64,000 nt of DNA from Oscillibacter sp. (lineage in GTDB: Bacteria > Bacteroidota > Bacteroidia > Bacteroidales > UBA932): NCBI GenBank assembly GCA_963650425.1, contig CAVJKV010000006.1, positions 8,583-72,582 on the forward strand, read 5' to 3'. The notes beneath the pieces were generated by a model. It was not told the DNA's origin. It saw nothing but the letters and a program-made list of their open reading frames with translations, and ran no database searches. Shown piece by piece: positions 61,101-64,000 of the stretch. Numbering within the stretch: the stretch's first letter is position 1; every line of letters starts with the position of its first letter. Made by a program: the position numbers and the translations under genes.

Positions 61101-61415
61101 GTTCACAGATTTGACTTCAGCTACAAGCACGATTTCAAGATCAAGGCAGGCAAGACTACCAACATTCTCCAGCTTGGCTTTGATATCAAGAATCTTATGA
61201 ACCTCTTCAACTCCAACTGGGGTGTAATGAAAATCATCAACCCTGCTATCGGTTCAGAGGCAAGAATCCTCAAATATGAGGGTGTTGATGCAGACGGCTA
61301 TGCTACATTCTCAACTCCGTCAGCAATCAACGGCTCTACCAAGACATTCACTGCTAACCACGCTATCGGTCAGTGCTGGTACGCCTCTATCGGTATCAAA
61401 TATATGTTCAACTAA
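58116..61415 (+). CDS. Oar-like TonB-dependent receptor
   Basis: AQVTTSSMSGRV, HEPSGT, GMRSGGPY, VDGANFNNNFGL, PISIDAI, PFDVRQTNFIGGGVNAITKSGTN, FTLGGPIVKNKLFFF, SPRVGF; 1099 aa; -7 box TAAATTTG at 58086. Confidence 0.92.
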   Translation: MNYSLKHLLLAGIAMLAGTLAYAQVTTSSMSGRVADEKGVPMTGAAVVAVHEPSGTVYASVVNQNGQYTINGMRSGGPYKVEVSMLGYNSIVFKDVTLQLAENYNLNATLKESTEFLEQVVVVGTAKSKFSNEKTGAATNINNSQITSLPTVSRSITDVTRLSPYGGNGMSFAGADGRTANFTVDGANFNNNFGLSSNLPGGGSPISIDAIDELQVVISPFDVRQTNFIGGGVNAITKSGTNTFKGTAYVYHKNENLRGDTIGGEQISGARAKDRKTTYGFTLGGPIVKNKLFFFVNFEYVKTPTVANRWRGSEDGVADANNYLSRTKLSDLKAVSDFVKQKYGYDTGSWTSFPADESNMKVLARIDWNINEKNHLAVRYNYTLNEGWNAPNGTSMDGGTRASGYRTSQYSMSFANSMYAVDNLVHSVSLDLNSRINDKLSNQFLATFSKLDDVRDTKSNEFPFIDILDGNGQNYMALGYELFTWNNAVHNTVANVRDDITWYLGNHTITGGLRYEYQLADNAYMRNGSGYYRYKTLDDFLNGAEPEIVNLTYGYNGDKNPAATVRFHQASIYAQDEWAATEKFKLTYGVRFDGLFFDNGDLVTNNAIKALTYYPKVYDFKAKHIDTGKWPDTQVSISPRVGFSWDVLGNKSLKVRGGTGLFVGRLPLVFFTNMPTNSGSVQYQAQINASNAAKKGFSMSEFAGGLVTDSKGKATVDALYKKLISLGYPANYTSKDGTVPSSISAVDSKFKMPQVWKTSLAIDYSFPTSFPFSMSVEGIYNKTINGVMISDWSIKDVRGFAKFNGVDNRPIYPESFRNGTKAFVLENTNKGYGYSASASMNMSPIPELNIMAAYTHTVSKEITSMPGSAAESAFTYVPTYAGPNNIKLHNAINVIPERFIASITHNDHCGNHFSLIYETWKGSSNYSYMTTNDMNGDGYAYDAIYIPTDAQVANKEFRFVSDNDRDRFMAFVHKDKYLSKHQGEYAEAYSVYSPWVHRFDFSYKHDFKIKAGKTTNILQLGFDIKNLMNLFNSNWGVMKIINPAIGSEARILKYEGVDADGYATFSTPSAINGSTKTFTANHAIGQCWYASIGIKYMFN

Positions 61416-61433
61416 TACATTTGCAGCACGAAT

Positions 61434-63059
61434 ATGAAATCTAGATATATTTTTCCTGCAGTCATAGCTGCTGTTGCAATGTTTGCAAGTTGCTCCGAGA
61501 AAGAGAATCTCTATCTCGACAATCTTCAGGTGTCAACTTCCTACATAGCAATTAGCCCTGAGGGGGGCGAGGTTACTGTAGATGTTACAGCGACTGAGGC
61601 CTGGACAATGGACTTCGATGTCAATGTCATAGGCAAAAAACTTGATAAGGTGAAGGGTATCGTAAATGATACTACACAGGTCAAGCAGCTCGACATAGAC
61701 GATAATTCTTGGTTTACTGCTTCTGTCCGTGAGGGCGGCAAGGGTAAGACCACAGTCAAATTCTCTGCCGAGGCTACAACGGCATCGAGGACATCCAATA
61801 TCACAATCAAGGCAGGTGACAAGGTGCAGAATCTTGTAGTTGCCCAGAAAGTGACAAGTTCAGGAGTGGAAATAACCCCTATAGCCGACGTTCTTGCCGG
61901 ACCGGAAAAGACTTACCGCGTGAAAGGTTACTGCTCAATCATTTCCAATACCACCTACGGTAACTGGTATATGTCTGACGGCAACGGAAACACACTTTAC
62001 ATCTACGGTACTGTGGATGCTTCCGGTTCATACAACTGGAGCAGTTTCAACATCGCACTCGGTGACGAAGTTACAGTTGAGGGTATCAAGGTTGTTTACG
62101 GCAGCACTATAGAGCTCAAGGATGCTACATTCATTTCTGTAAAGAAGGCGCTTCTTGCAAGTGATGATGCTTCCAAGTACATCTCAAAGGGTGCAGAGAC
62201 ATTTACAATCAAAGTTGCACAGAAAGGCGAAAGCCTCTCATTCGAGTCCCAGGCTGATTGGCTTACATTTGAAGGAAATGGCTACACTTCAGACGGAAAG
62301 GGAAATCTCACATTCACTGTGAAGGCAACTGAAAACACTACTGGCGCATCACGTGAGGGTACGCTTGTGTTCAAGAGCGCAAAGGGCAGCGATGAGACAG
62401 AACTTCCTGTAACCATTATACAAATGGGTACAGAACCTGTCAAGTCCAATCTCAGAGCAATCAGCGAAACCCTTTTTAGAGCCACCAGCAAGGCCCCTGC
62501 AAGTTTCGACGTAACACTTGAGAGTGATGCTAGAGTGACATACAAGAATGGTAACAACTTCTTCCTCGAGGATGCCAAAGGCTGTCTTCTCGTTTACAGT
62601 TCTGATGTTAATCTTAAGGTAGGTCAGGTTGTTAAAGGCCGTGTATGGGGTAAAGGCTACGCTTATAACAATCTTCCGGAAGCAACCGCTTTCAATCTTC
62701 AGTTTGCGACTGTTACGACTTCTGAGGATCCTGTTGAACCGACAGAGGTGTCTCTTGCGGAGATTTGCGATAGCTATGACAGTTATCTCAACCGCTATGT
62801 GAAGATTAAGGGTTTGACCGTTGCAGAAGCTATTGATATTGATTATGAAACAGTCACAAGCAGCGGCAAAATCACAGACGGCAACTACACTTTAGCGTTG
62901 AACCACCAGAGCACTGGTAAATTCAATGGCAACAAGATTTGGTACTATGTTCAGGCTGCAGTGGGAAGCAAGATTGATCTAGTTTGCATCCCGTCAGTCT
63001 ACAAGAATGATAAGCAGCTGAACGTTTATGCTCAGAGCTGGATAACTGCAAGCGAGTAA
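61434..63059 (+). CDS. BACON- and OB-fold-containing surface lipoprotein
   Basis: Lipobox FASC; two BACON-like segments (SWFTAS...RTSNITIK; ADWLTF...ENTTGASREGTLVFK); OB-like YRVKGYCSIISNTTYGNWYMSDGNGNTLYIYGT. Confidence 0.75.
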   Translation: MKSRYIFPAVIAAVAMFASCSEKENLYLDNLQVSTSYIAISPEGGEVTVDVTATEAWTMDFDVNVIGKKLDKVKGIVNDTTQVKQLDIDDNSWFTASVREGGKGKTTVKFSAEATTASRTSNITIKAGDKVQNLVVAQKVTSSGVEITPIADVLAGPEKTYRVKGYCSIISNTTYGNWYMSDGNGNTLYIYGTVDASGSYNWSSFNIALGDEVTVEGIKVVYGSTIELKDATFISVKKALLASDDASKYISKGAETFTIKVAQKGESLSFESQADWLTFEGNGYTSDGKGNLTFTVKATENTTGASREGTLVFKSAKGSDETELPVTIIQMGTEPVKSNLRAISETLFRATSKAPASFDVTLESDARVTYKNGNNFFLEDAKGCLLVYSSDVNLKVGQVVKGRVWGKGYAYNNLPEATAFNLQFATVTTSEDPVEPTEVSLAEICDSYDSYLNRYVKIKGLTVAEAIDIDYETVTSSGKITDGNYTLALNHQSTGKFNGNKIWYYVQAAVGSKIDLVCIPSVYKNDKQLNVYAQSWITASE

Positions 63060-63077
63060 TATTACTTTACATAAAGT

Positions 63078-63110
63078 AAAAAAGGCGGCCGATCCGGTCG
63101 CCTTTTTTTT
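63078..63110. terminator. Bidirectional intrinsic terminator
   Basis: AAAAAAGGCGGCCG-ATC-CGGTCGCCTTTTTTTT between convergent genes. Confidence 0.88.
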
Positions 63111-63152
63111 ATTGCTTTCGTTGCTTGGGTGATTCCCTAACGTATGGGTTTG

Positions 63153-63872
63153 CTACAAACTGCGGATAGCCGACTCGACAGTCTCGCACATACTGGAGCG
63201 TAGAGATTCGTCCGTGATGTTGTCGAGCACAGGCGTTATGAATGAAATCATCTGAAGCACCTTTGCTTCCTCTTCAGGAATACCTCTCGAGCGCATATAG
63301 AACTGCTCATCCTCGTTGAGTTGTCCGACGGTGGCTCCGTGTGAGCACTTCACGTCATCGGCATATATCTCGAGTTGCGGTTTGGATTCGGCGTGGGCTC
63401 CCTCTGACAGCACCAGATTGTGATTTGTCTGATAGGCTTCAGTCTTCTGTGCATCGGGAGCGACGATTATCTTTCCATAGAATTTGACATCTGATTTTCC
63501 TGCGGCTATGCCGTTGAAAATCTGATAGGATGAGCAATGCGGCTTTCTGTGGCGCACATCAGTGCGTATGCGGAGTTTTTCCTCACCGTTGCACAAGTAC
63601 AGTCCGGAGATAGTCACGTCCGCGCCTTCTCCAATTATGTCAATATCGAGATTGACGTCGTGACTTGCACCGGGAAGAACCAGCACTGTGATATGCGCAG
63701 TTGAGCCGGCATTCACGACTACATTGCTGAACGGAAGCGCGCTCTTGTCAGAAATGACATAGACCTCGTTGAAAGCAGAGCTTTCCGCTATCTCCAGCGT
63801 ATTCTCGCCTGTCAGTACGGGAGTGTCGATATAATGTCCCGCATCCACTTCTTTTTTTCTTATCTCGCTCAT
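63153..63872 (-). CDS. sufD: SufD-like Fe-S assembly protein (short form)
   Basis: GKIIVAPDAQKTEAYQ, KPQLEIYADDVKCSHGATVGQL, FYMRSRGI. Start taken at ATG 63872, just after the sufC stop. Confidence 0.88.
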   Translation of the reverse strand: MSEIRKKEVDAGHYIDTPVLTGENTLEIAESSAFNEVYVISDKSALPFSNVVVNAGSTAHITVLVLPGASHDVNLDIDIIGEGADVTISGLYLCNGEEKLRIRTDVRHRKPHCSSYQIFNGIAAGKSDVKFYGKIIVAPDAQKTEAYQTNHNLVLSEGAHAESKPQLEIYADDVKCSHGATVGQLNEDEQFYMRSRGIPEEEAKVLQMISFITPVLDNITDESLRSSMCETVESAIRSL

Positions 63873-63882
63873 TGCCGGACCT

Positions 63883-64000
63883 TTAGAAGATGTCATAACC
63901 GTTCTCCTCTATCTTGTCCACAAGTTCGCGTCCGCCGGTCGTTACAATCTTGCCTGACTTGAGCACGTGCACGATGTCCGGCACGATGTAGTCAAGCAAT
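63883..64000 (-). CDS. sufC: 3' end of the Fe-S assembly ATPase SufC (enters from beyond the window)
   Basis: Manual translation gives LLDYIVPDIVHVLKSGKIVTTGGRELVDKIEENGYDIF*, the typical SufC C-terminus, directly upstream of sufD. Confidence 0.85.
   Translation of the reverse strand, partial: LLDYIVPDIVHVLKSGKIVTTGGRELVDKIEENGYDIF

Overview
A 64-kb chromosomal segment from a Bacteroidales-type anaerobe. The lineage call rests on Bacteroidetes TAnnTTTG promoter boxes before many genes, SusC/Oar-type TonB-dependent transporters, BACON lipoproteins and holB-ricT-gldH synteny. Most of the window is housekeeping: aroB, a type I aroD-aroA fusion, aroC, asd, pgk, mdh, lgt, trxA, holB, trmB, miaA, smpB, metK, split sufB and sufCD, and an RND efflux operon. 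The accessory parts are: (i) a ~3.7-kb islet with an AAA+/DUF4143 ATPase whose promoter lies in a perfect array of seven 23-bp repeats, a divergent P1B heavy-metal ATPase with a palindromic operator, and a remnant of a second DUF4143 ATPase; (ii) a 13-kb co-directional run that looks like an extracellular DNA utilisation system (two nucleases, a TBDT, OB-fold lipoproteins), continuing into an M3 peptidase and a CsgG-DUF4810-DUF799 module; (iii) a GH130-GH92-GH92-ROK-ManA mannoside cluster; (iv) a second TBDT plus OB-fold/BACON lipoprotein pair. A SAM-II-like riboswitch with a clear terminator/antiterminator lies upstream of metK. CATG looks strongly under-represented across the window. I found no CRISPR array, rRNA, tRNA, integrase or transposase. 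All family assignments come from recognising motifs by eye; no database search was run.
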